Shown piece by piece: positions 17,198 through 24,669 of a stretch of 25,242 nt of DNA (positions are counted from its first letter, which is position 1; each line of letters opens with the position of its first letter). Origin of the DNA: an uncultured Verrucomicrobiales bacterium (GTDB lineage: Bacteria > Verrucomicrobiota > Verrucomicrobiia > Verrucomicrobiales > DEV007); assembly GCA_938091905.1 (NCBI GenBank), contig CALKOM010000209.1, positions 1 to 25,242 of the forward strand, written 5' to 3'. Both the position numbers and the translations under genes were made by a program. The notes below the pieces were generated by a model. It saw only the letters and a list, made by a program, of their open reading frames with translations, searched no databases and was not told the DNA's origin.

Positions 17198-17249
17198 AGG
17201 TAGCTCGGGCCTCCAGCCCTAGTTCCGGCCGAGAAGGCCGGACTATCCT
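17198..17249. repeat. REP-like doublet (two inverted GTAG/ATAG-flanked hairpins)
   Basis: GTAG-CTCGGGC-CTCCA-GCCCTAG on the plus strand, and on the minus strand ATAG-TCCGGCC-TTCTC-GGCCGGA. The two units face each other 1 nt apart in the gap between sulfatase genes. Confidence 0.55.
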
Positions 17250-17272
17250 CGCAAGCACCTGCACATTCTAAC

Positions 17273-18739
17273 ATGAAAGCCTCTATCTATTTTCTTCTCG
17301 TCACGCTCGCAAGCGCGGTCGCTGCCGACCGCCCAAACTTGGTCTTCCTCCTTACAGACGACCAAACAACCTATTCGTTAGGCTGCTACGGAAACACGGA
17401 AGTTAAAACGCCGAATATCGACCGGTTGGCCAGCGAAGGCATGACCTTCGATCGTCACTACGTCACCACCGCTATCTGCATGGCCAGCCGAGCCAGTATC
17501 ATGACAGGGCTGTACGAATACCGACACGGCTGCAATTTCACGCACGGCGCACTAGTGCGCGAACACTGGGAGAAGGCCTACCCAAAGTTGCTACGCAAAG
17601 CCGGCTATCGCACCGCTATTGCTGGCAAGATCGGCTTTGAAGTGTGTGAGGCCCCTGGCGAGAAGGGCAAACTCCCTGAAGGCGACTTCGACTCCTGGGC
17701 TGCTGGCCCAGGCCAGACCCACTACCAGACGGCGAAGAACCCGTCCATGAAACGCTTTGCCAAGGAGTTTCCACACGCCACGCGTGCCTATGGTGCCTTT
17801 GCAAAAGAGTTCATCATGGGCTCCGCCAAGTCAGAGCAGCCCTTCTGCCTATCGATTAGTTTCAAAGCCCCGCACAAGCCGGTGGAGCCTGATCCGATCG
17901 ATGACGACGTCTACAAAGGAATGACATTCACCAAGCCCGCGAACTACGGCCGCGACAAAGGCAAACACTTTGCCAAACAGAGCCAAGGCGGGCGTCAATA
18001 TGAGCGCTTCCACAGTTGGGGCTATGCCGATGACTACGATGCCGAGATGGGAAAGTACTTTCAGCAGATCTATGCGGTGGACGCTGCTGTGGGAATGGTC
18101 CGCCAGGCGCTTGCGGATTCGGAGACCGCTGCAAACACCATCGTCATCTTCACCTCAGACAACGGCTTCCTTTGTGGTTCCCATGGCTACGGTTCCAAGG
18201 TGCTACCTTATGAAGAAGCCTCGCGGGCACCTCTGATCGTCGTCGATCCCCGTCATCCCAAACACGGCCAGGCACGTCGCTGTGGTGCGCTTACTGGGAA
18301 TGTCGACTTCTCTCCAACCTTGTTAGACTATGCTGGAGTGTCTATCCCAGAAGGCATCGATGGCCGCAGCCTCCGTCCGCTGCTCGATGATCCCAAGGCT
18401 TTGATTCATGAGAGCTTGCCACTGATCAATGTCTGGGGGCCGTCAGAGGTGTACAGCTTTGGTGTGGTCACAAAGACGCAGAAATACATCTTCTGGCCCG
18501 ACGGCAGCAAGGGGAACACGCCAAATGAAGAGCTCTACCATTTAGACAAGGATCCCCATGAACTAGAAGCTACAAGCCTGGGCGACGAGGCGCTTCCAGC
18601 CATGCGCCAGCGCTATGATCGTGCCGTCGAAGACTGGAAAGTAAAGGCCGTGCCCTATCACCGCTACCAGCCCTTTGGGCGACACTTTGATCGCAGTGTG
18701 CCTTGGTCCGAGAAAGCGCCCGCCCGCCCAGGCACCTGA
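17273..18739 (+). CDS. S1 sulfatase, Cys-type
   Basis: Signal peptide; RPNLVFLLTDDQ, CMASRASIMTG, AGKIG, SFKAPHKP, TSDNG, KVLPYEEASRAPL, ELYHLDKDPHE. Confidence 0.96.
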   Translation: MKASIYFLLVTLASAVAADRPNLVFLLTDDQTTYSLGCYGNTEVKTPNIDRLASEGMTFDRHYVTTAICMASRASIMTGLYEYRHGCNFTHGALVREHWEKAYPKLLRKAGYRTAIAGKIGFEVCEAPGEKGKLPEGDFDSWAAGPGQTHYQTAKNPSMKRFAKEFPHATRAYGAFAKEFIMGSAKSEQPFCLSISFKAPHKPVEPDPIDDDVYKGMTFTKPANYGRDKGKHFAKQSQGGRQYERFHSWGYADDYDAEMGKYFQQIYAVDAAVGMVRQALADSETAANTIVIFTSDNGFLCGSHGYGSKVLPYEEASRAPLIVVDPRHPKHGQARRCGALTGNVDFSPTLLDYAGVSIPEGIDGRSLRPLLDDPKALIHESLPLINVWGPSEVYSFGVVTKTQKYIFWPDGSKGNTPNEELYHLDKDPHELEATSLGDEALPAMRQRYDRAVEDWKVKAVPYHRYQPFGRHFDRSVPWSEKAPARPGT

Positions 18740-18845
18740 TGCTGCGAAGAGTCCATTCTCACCTGACCAAAGATCACTTGCCTTTTCAGGTTCCCAATCG
18801 AATCTCCGAGCCCGGCAGGTGCCGGGAATAAACCGTATCAAGCCC

Positions 18846-20834
18846 ATGGAGAAACGCCCTTTCACTGACTTCGACCTGAGTGACCAGATGAAGCAGGCGA
18901 TTGACGCGCTGGGCTACGAGCTGGCAGCACCGATCCAATCTGCTGCTCTGCCACCTCTATTGGAGGGGCAGGATCTTGTGGGCCAATCTCCGACGGGTTC
19001 CGGCAAGACGGCCGCGTTCGGCATCCCGCTCGTGGAGCGATTGGATCCGAAGCTTCGCGCAGTCCAAGCGATCATTCTCTGTCCTACGCGAGAATTAGCC
19101 GTCCAGGTCGCCGGCGAACTTCACAAGTTGGCGAGTTTCATGCCAGAGCTAAACGTGCTCCCTGTGTACGGTGGGGCGTCGTTTGACCGTCAAGTTCAAG
19201 GACTCAAACGGGGGGCCCAAGTCGTTATAGGGACGCCCGGCCGTGTGCTGGATCACCTGCGTCGTGGCACGCTGAAGCTCGACCTGGCCAAGACCATCGT
19301 CCTTGATGAAGCGGACGAGATGCTGGACATGGGATTCCGTGAGGACATTGAGACTGCGCTTGCGCAAATGCCGGAAGATCGGCAAACGGTCCTCTTCTCG
19401 GCCACGATGCCGAAGGCGATTCGAGAACTCATGAAGCGTTTCACGCGTGAGCCTGCGATCGTCACAGTGGCGCATGAGCAAATGTCGGCTCCTGACATTG
19501 AACAAATCTATTATGAAGCTCGCTTCCGCTCCAAGCCGGAAGTTTTGGCTCGTCTCCTCGACACCCATGAGGCGCGATTGACCATCGTCTTCTGCAATAC
19601 GAAACGCACAGTCGACGATGTGACAGAAGATCTCGTCGCCCGTGGCTTTGGCGCCGATCGCCTTCATGGAGATGTCACGCAAATGGTGCGCACGCGCGTC
19701 ATGAACGCGTTCCGCAATGGCTCGATAAGTGTGCTCGTCGCGACGGATGTGGCCGCTCGTGGACTCGATGTCGATGATGTTGACTTGGTCATCAACTATG
19801 ACCTTCCCTTTGATGCTGAGGACTACGTCCACCGCATCGGCCGGACTGGCCGTGCCGGCCGCTCCGGCAAAGCCATCGCTCTCGTTGCTGGGAAGGACAT
19901 CTACAAGCTCCAAACCATCCAACGGCACACTAAGCAGAAGGTGGAGCGCTTCAAGGTGCCCACTCTGGATGAACTCGAGGAGAGCCGCACGGATCGCTTC
20001 TTCAGCCAATTGCGTGATCTTTTAGCAGAGGGTGAATTTCCCAAGAGCACACGCATCATCGACCGCTTGTTAGACCAAGGATTCTCACCCACGGATATCA
20101 GTGCGGCCGCCTTGCATCTCTTGGTCAAGAGTGACACCAAGACGATCGAGCCTATTCCTGAAGATCGACCCAAGAATGCGCCGCGCGAGAAACGCGAAAG
20201 GCGAGAGCGCCCTGAGCGCCCAGCTGACGACGCGAAGCCTAGCAACCCGTTCGACAAACCCGAGCGAGGACCTCGAGCCCCTCGCGAGCAGGAGGGTGAT
20301 CGCGCGAGCCTATTCGTAAACATAGGCAAAGTCATGGGCGTCTCCCCAGGTGACCTCGCCGGCGTGCTCTACAACGCGGGTGGTTTCCCTCAAGGATCCA
20401 TCGGCCGCATCCAACTTTTTCCAAAACATGCCCTCATTGATGTGCCACGCGATCTTCTGGCTACAGCGTTAGAGAATTTAAAGGACGTGAAAGTGCGAGG
20501 GAAGGACGTCCGATTCAAAGAGGACAGCGGTCATCCGGGTGGGGATGGCGGCGGCTATCGCGGCGATGGCGGTGGCGGTTACAAAGGTGGAGGCGGCGGT
20601 TATAAGGGCCGTAGTGGTGGGTACAAAGGCCGTTCCGAAAACGGAGAAGACGACGGCTATAAAGGTGGTAGAAGTGGTAGAGGTTACAAAGGTCGCGGAA
20701 GCGGCGGCGGCTACAAAGGCGGCGGTGGCAACAAAGGACGCAAGCGAGACGATGAGGGAGAACGCCCTGGCGGAGCTTTTAAGCGATTTGCCAAGCCGGT
20801 CCGCAAAAAGCGTTCCGAAAGAAGGGACGACTAA
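18846..20834 (+). CDS. deaD: DEAD-box RNA helicase, DeaD/CsdA type with a DbpA-like RNA-binding domain and Gly-rich tail
   Basis: Likely start ATG 18846 (MEKRPFTDF). Q motif PIQ, TGSGKT, PTRELA, TPGRV, DEADEM, SAT, ATDVAARGLD, HRIGRTGRAG; RRM-like LFVNIGKVMGVSPGDLAGVL...IGRIQL. Confidence 0.93.
   Translation: MEKRPFTDFDLSDQMKQAIDALGYELAAPIQSAALPPLLEGQDLVGQSPTGSGKTAAFGIPLVERLDPKLRAVQAIILCPTRELAVQVAGELHKLASFMPELNVLPVYGGASFDRQVQGLKRGAQVVIGTPGRVLDHLRRGTLKLDLAKTIVLDEADEMLDMGFREDIETALAQMPEDRQTVLFSATMPKAIRELMKRFTREPAIVTVAHEQMSAPDIEQIYYEARFRSKPEVLARLLDTHEARLTIVFCNTKRTVDDVTEDLVARGFGADRLHGDVTQMVRTRVMNAFRNGSISVLVATDVAARGLDVDDVDLVINYDLPFDAEDYVHRIGRTGRAGRSGKAIALVAGKDIYKLQTIQRHTKQKVERFKVPTLDELEESRTDRFFSQLRDLLAEGEFPKSTRIIDRLLDQGFSPTDISAAALHLLVKSDTKTIEPIPEDRPKNAPREKRERRERPERPADDAKPSNPFDKPERGPRAPREQEGDRASLFVNIGKVMGVSPGDLAGVLYNAGGFPQGSIGRIQLFPKHALIDVPRDLLATALENLKDVKVRGKDVRFKEDSGHPGGDGGGYRGDGGGGYKGGGGGYKGRSGGYKGRSENGEDDGYKGGRSGRGYKGRGSGGGYKGGGGNKGRKRDDEGERPGGAFKRFAKPVRKKRSERRDD
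20539..20739 (+). repeat. Coding low-complexity repeat (G-rich GY[K/R]G units) in the helicase tail
   Basis: Seven GY[KR]G units plus one GNKG unit: GGDGGGYRGDGGGGYKGGGGGYKGRSGGYKGRSENGEDDGYKGGRSGRGYKGRGSGGGYKGGGGNKG. Confidence 0.85.
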
Positions 20835-21168
20835 CTCTGCCTCGACAAGACTCTCGATTCTGGCGAAAGCAGTCCTGCCCGGGGGCGACGCTCCGTCCTC
20901 GCCGTAGTATCCATTTCGGTTGTAATGAAGTCGCTAGGCTGAGGGACTTGGAAAAAAGGAATCATCCCAAAGTGGAAACCCTCCCGGCTCCGGATGGCGT
21001 CGTCATGATTCAAAGGATGTGAGGGTAAAACTCGCAGCGTTGCGGCGGCGCAGAGATCGACAGATTTTAGAACCGGAATCAATTCACTTTGCCAACCGCT
21101 GCGCCGCTGCGAGAGAACCATTTCTTACCGTGCCCCGAACCGCAGGGAAGGCAGATCGACGCTTGAGT

Positions 21169-21198
21169 TCCATGACTGTTCATGAGAACAGTCATGGA
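21169..21198. promoter_or_regulatory. Verrucomicrobia-type LexA (SOS) box inside an extended perfect inverted repeat
   Basis: TCCATGACTGTTC-ATGA-GAACAGTCATGGA. The core TGTTC-N4-GAACA lies at 21177-21190, 7 nt before ATG 21198. A -35-like TTGAGT lies at 21163-21168. Confidence 0.8.
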
Positions 21199-21962
21199 TG
21201 GCGAGCAACGGCGAAACAAAAGCACACCGGTTTCTAAAACAAGCCGCGCTTCACTGGGCGAAGGCCCAGCGCTACTCCGTAGTCGCACCAGAGATTCGAG
21301 TCCCGCTCTCCTCCTATCGAGCCGACGTCGCTGCCTACCGTCCCCAACGCCCGGCCGATGCGGAAGCCACGCTCGGTCAAACCGCGATCTTCGAGTGCAA
21401 GCAGTCGCGAGCAGACTTCCTCAAAGATGCCCAAGCCACCTTGCCGTCGGTCGAGCGCCTGGCCCAACTCAGACGTCGACGTGTACGCATTGAACAACTG
21501 CTAGGCATGCATTACCCCTCACTCCGTTGTGGAGACTCGCTCTTCCCCGAGTACGAAAGTGTCGACTGCGTGCGGATGGAGCATCTCACCTGGCAGCGTA
21601 TCAATCGCGACATCCAAATCCTGGAAAACCGAGTCCATCACAAGACCAAGTTCGAGAAGCTCGCGCGTTACCAATGCGCCAACCTCCTCTACCTGGTGAC
21701 GCCTCCAGGCCTCGTCGACCCTTCCGAGGTGTGCACCGCCTGGGGGCTGCTCGAAGTCGCCCAACTGACAGCAGAAGCCAGCGATTCTGTTGAAGCCCTC
21801 CCAGTACAGTGTCACCTCGCCAAGAAACCCCAATGGATCGAAGCTGAACCCAAGACCCGCCTAGACCTCCTCCAAAGGCTTGCTGCAAGCGCCTCAACCC
21901 GCCTCCAGAGCGCCACAGAGCAGGTCGACACGGTCCTTAAAGGAAGTGAAATTATCGCTTGA
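21198..21962 (+). CDS. MmcB-like PD-(D/E)XK nuclease-fold protein, putative SOS DNA-repair factor
   Basis: PEIRV...YRADVAAY...IFECKQSRADFLKD gives the E..D..ExK catalytic layout, and KFEKLARYQCANLLYLVTPPGLVDPSEVCTAWGLL resembles the MmcB-family C-terminal block. Confidence 0.7.
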   Translation: MASNGETKAHRFLKQAALHWAKAQRYSVVAPEIRVPLSSYRADVAAYRPQRPADAEATLGQTAIFECKQSRADFLKDAQATLPSVERLAQLRRRRVRIEQLLGMHYPSLRCGDSLFPEYESVDCVRMEHLTWQRINRDIQILENRVHHKTKFEKLARYQCANLLYLVTPPGLVDPSEVCTAWGLLEVAQLTAEASDSVEALPVQCHLAKKPQWIEAEPKTRLDLLQRLAASASTRLQSATEQVDTVLKGSEIIA

Positions 21963-22007
21963 ATTCCTATTGGCTCCCGCCATTCTTTCCGCTCGGCAAA
22001 GACCAAA

Positions 22008-22082
22008 TCCTGCATAGCTCAGCGGTAGAGCGGGTGGCTGTTAACCACTAGGTCGTTGGTTCGAATCCAACTGCAGGAGCCA
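22008..22082 (+). tRNA. tRNA-Asn (GTT)
   Basis: Acceptor stem TCCTGCA/TGCAGGA, D arm GCTC-AGCGGTA-GAGC, anticodon arm GGTGG-CTGTTAA-CCACT, T arm GTTGG-TTCGAAT-CCAAC, G discriminator and encoded CCA; 75 nt. Confidence 0.98.
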
Positions 22083-22084
22083 TC

Positions 22085-22947
22085 TTCAAGTTCGCTGAAT
22101 ACATAGGGCGCATTCGGTTGGACCTTGTCTTGAACGTCTTCGAAGAGGGCGCGGGTCTTCATCCAACTGTCATTGACGCTGTTGTTCTGTTTGGCGTAGG
22201 TGTCTGCGGCTTGGTATTTATTGGTGATGACCAAACGTTTGAGCCATTTCACGGATTTGAAGCCATAGGCCTCTGGCACGACGATGCGCACAGGTCCGCC
22301 GCGCTCGCCGGTCAGCCATTCAGCGTTGATCTTGTAACAGAGAATGACGGGTAAGAACCCGGGCGGGTCTTAGAGAACGCGATTGGCCGGAAGCCAGCAT
22401 TGGAAGAACTGTTTGGGGGCGTCGTTGTGATAGCTATCGTAGTAGACGCTGCGATAGTTCGCCTGTGGCTTCGCTAACCACAGCACATCGCGCAGCGGAA
22501 CGCCTTCCCATAAGCCCATACCTAATGGCTCGAAAAGATTGTTGCAGGAGACGAGTTTGAGCAAACGAACAGCCTTCGTTTCGGTGACCTTCATGAGATC
22601 GTCGAAGGTGAAGGCATTGTCACCTACCTTGGTCATGGAGTTGTCGAGCTGGCACGCTTTCCCGGTCTCGGCTTTGTCTTCGGGATCAGTTATGTCGAGC
22701 GTCCAAGTCTCCTGTTCTAAGCCGACTTCGAGCCGCTGCTCCAGAGGCAGTTTGTAGGGCAGGGGATCGCCCCGCTCGACGTTGTAGAAATCGCCCTGAA
22801 ATACGGTGGCGACAGTTTAGCGATGGCCTCTTCGAGAACAGGTTGTCTCGCTCCCGCCGATGTCGCACCACGAATATAGGGCGGGGAGGCACACACGCCC
22901 AGTGCGGTGATGCTGACTGAGTGGTGAAGGAAGGTGTGTCGATTCAT
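22085..22947 (-). pseudogene. Molybdopterin-dependent oxidoreductase (sulfite oxidase/MsrP-like family), disrupted and 3'-truncated
   Basis: GGAG ribosome-binding site and ATG 22947 (MNRHTFL, decayed Tat-like signal). A frameshift lies near 22800-22815. The next frame reads QGDFYNVERGDPLPYKLP...LVSCNNLFEPLGMGLWEGVPLRDVL, hits an in-frame TAA at 22370-22372, and continues DPPGFLPVILCYKINAEWLTGERGGPVRIVVPEAYGFKSVKWLKRL until it runs into the tRNA. Confidence 0.88.
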
Positions 22948-23160
22948 GATGATCCGTTCTCCTGTGCCTAACTTGAGTTGGAAGGCCATAGCAACGGTGT
23001 TCTGATGGGTGACTTGGGGAAGGCCTTCAAGGTGCGGAAAGGGATGAATCCAGTGCTATTGCAAGATTTATTTTAGTAGGCTTTGTTTCCGGTCATAATG
23101 AACTACGTGGAATGTTAGTTTGCCCGTGTAATGGTCAATCCCCCATTCACAACCGGAGGC

Positions 23161-23862
23161 TCATATCCCCAGCTTCTTTTTGAGATAGTCGCTCGTGAGA
23201 TGCTTGATAGGATCGAAGGGGTCGCAGTTGCCGGATCCCTCATTGAAATCTATCGGTCCCAGCTCTCGGGCCAACTTGAGCGCAGCTTTGTTTAGCTTCT
23301 TGTTGCGCTTGCCGATGCCCACCAGTGCGCCTCCCATGGACATGCGACCCCACGTGTCTTCCTGGCTGAAGCGCGTACGAATACCCTCGATGCAATCGAC
23401 AAAGAACTCGTCTGTCAGCTCTTTCATCCGTTGGTTCTTTGAGAGTTCGTATAGGAGACCGTATCCACATTGCCTTCGCTGAGAATCCTTGCTCTCGATC
23501 CAATCGCAGGTGAGATTGAACACGAAAGGTGCCTTGGTAAGGGGCGCATTGCAGGAACTGAACACGTGCGCCAGAGATCCAGCGCCAACTCCTTCTACTT
23601 GTTCTTCGACCTGTTCCCGCGTGAGCTTCTTAGGATCGTCAATTAGCAGCCCAACCACTTTGGCGTCATGGTTGTCGGTCTTCCACAGTTGCCATGCCAA
23701 TTTGTGATCACGGTCGATTTGCTTGGCCAGTTTTCTAAGCAGGGTAAGGCCAATTCCGAAGCTTTTCAGGCCTTCTGTGTCAGCTCCTAACTTCTTCCAA
23801 TTCTTGGCGCCACGGTCGTTCCGGTTCGACTTCAATAGAGTCATGACCCCAGTCTTTGTCAT
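23161..23862 (-). CDS. DNA alkylation repair protein (AlkD-like HEAT-repeat family)
   Basis: SFGIGLTLLRKLAKQIDRDHKLAWQLWKTDNHDAKVVGLLIDDPK...WIES...RRQCGY...MGGALVGIGKRN; all-helical AlkD-like pattern. Confidence 0.85.
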   Translation of the reverse strand: MTKTGVMTLLKSNRNDRGAKNWKKLGADTEGLKSFGIGLTLLRKLAKQIDRDHKLAWQLWKTDNHDAKVVGLLIDDPKKLTREQVEEQVEGVGAGSLAHVFSSCNAPLTKAPFVFNLTCDWIESKDSQRRQCGYGLLYELSKNQRMKELTDEFFVDCIEGIRTRFSQEDTWGRMSMGGALVGIGKRNKKLNKAALKLARELGPIDFNEGSGNCDPFDPIKHLTSDYLKKKLGI

Positions 23863-23935
23863 GTCTCTTAGGATAAAGCATCTGGCGTCATGACGTAAAC
23901 CTCTGACTCATTTTTCAAAGGAGGCGGACGACTAC

Positions 23936-24208
23936 TTATTGAGTGTCATACGCTTGGTCGACACTAGAGTCACGCCGGTCCCGTTTGCTGGCTGCAATCT
24001 TGCGCCCCGCGATGAGGACTCCGGCAAGTCCCGCACCAAAAGCGAGCCCGGTTCCTATAGTCAAGAGAACGAGAGGCCCGCCTCCAGCGCCGATCGCTAG
24101 CAAGACGAAGAAACCTCCAAAGCAGATCGCATTGATTGCCAAGAGGGTGATCAGGAGTGGCGAAAGGTACTCTCGCCATTCCAAGTGTTGTTTGTTGGTC
24201 ATGTCCAT
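23936..24208 (-). CDS. Small hypothetical two-TM membrane protein
   Basis: 90-aa ORF with two hydrophobic helices and a basic C-terminal tail. Confidence 0.6.
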   Translation of the reverse strand: MDMTNKQHLEWREYLSPLLITLLAINAICFGGFFVLLAIGAGGGPLVLLTIGTGLAFGAGLAGVLIAGRKIAASKRDRRDSSVDQAYDTQ

Positions 24209-24357
24209 GGTTGTTACTTACTTCTCGGTCATTCGTTGGGTTACCGCTTGGCGTTGGCATTCCAGATCCACCCTCACTAAAATCCTCCAGACCCGCGCGG
24301 CAACCTGTGAAACTGCAAGGTAGCCCGGTCCACCTTGTGGTTCGGGTGTTGCCAGGC

Positions 24358-24669
24358 TTAGTGACCGGACACCGCTAACAGAGCTAGGATAGCTCCGATC
24401 AGTGAGGCGATCTGCCATTTGAGTCGTGACTTGCCTCGCCAAGCTCGAACGCTGGAGTAAGTGCCATCTGCGTACGCAAGCAGAGCAAGAGAGAAGAGGA
24501 CTATCAAGGCGATCCAAGGCGCGTCCTGTCCCGGCGCCAGTCGGCCCTCGATCCAGAAGTTGAACCATTTGGTGAGAAATGTGAGGGCGCCAAGCTAGAT
24601 GAGACCTGCGAGAATGCACGTGATCATGGTCCCGGGCACGCGTGATTTCTTCCCTATTGAACGATTCAT
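24358..24669 (-). pseudogene. Probable small membrane-protein gene interrupted by an in-frame TAG
   Basis: Manual translation: MNRSIGKKSRVPGTMITCILAGLI*LGALTFLTKWFNFWIEGRLAPGQDAPWIALIVLFSLALLAYADGTYSSVRAWRGKSRLKWQIASLIGAILALLAVSGH*. The TAG at 24595-24597 falls in the middle of the first of three TM-like helices. Confidence 0.5.

Noticed and set aside
18811..18826. Hairpin CCCGGC-AGGT-GCCGGG upstream of the helicase as a thermosensor or riboswitch
   Set aside because: A short GC stem is expected by chance at this GC content, and no known aptamer features are present.
18675..18845. 57-aa N-terminal extension of the helicase in the ORF track
   Set aside because: It overlaps the sulfatase 3' end. 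The family-like sequence begins at ATG 18846, just before the Q-motif Phe.
19149..20009. 286-aa minus-strand ORF and similar long antisense ORFs (7485-8189, 4353-4940, 5951-6529)
   Set aside because: They lie fully opposite well-supported genes and are typical shadows of codon bias.
20539..20739. CRISPR-like or DNA-level tandem repeat
   Set aside because: The units vary at synonymous positions and lie in frame within the helicase; there are no constant repeats with unique spacers.
20881..21160. tmRNA-like start (GGGGGCGA) and SRP-like fragment (CGAACCGCAGGGAAGGCAG)
   Set aside because: No TTCGAC after the 5' stem, no T-arm/CCA end, and the SRP domain IV motif is incomplete.
22019..22291. 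90-aa minus-strand ORF as an independent gene
   Set aside because: It is a fragment of the oxidoreductase pseudogene, and its last ~20 codons are just the reverse complement of tRNA-Asn.
22370..22372. Possible selenocysteine or pyrrolysine recoding in the molybdoenzyme
   Set aside because: The codon is TAA, it is not at the catalytic Cys position, and the gene has other lesions.
23126..23150. TGTAATGGTCAATCCCCC resembling an IS3-family terminal repeat
   Set aside because: Only about 12 nt of resemblance, with no partner repeat and no transposase remnant seen.
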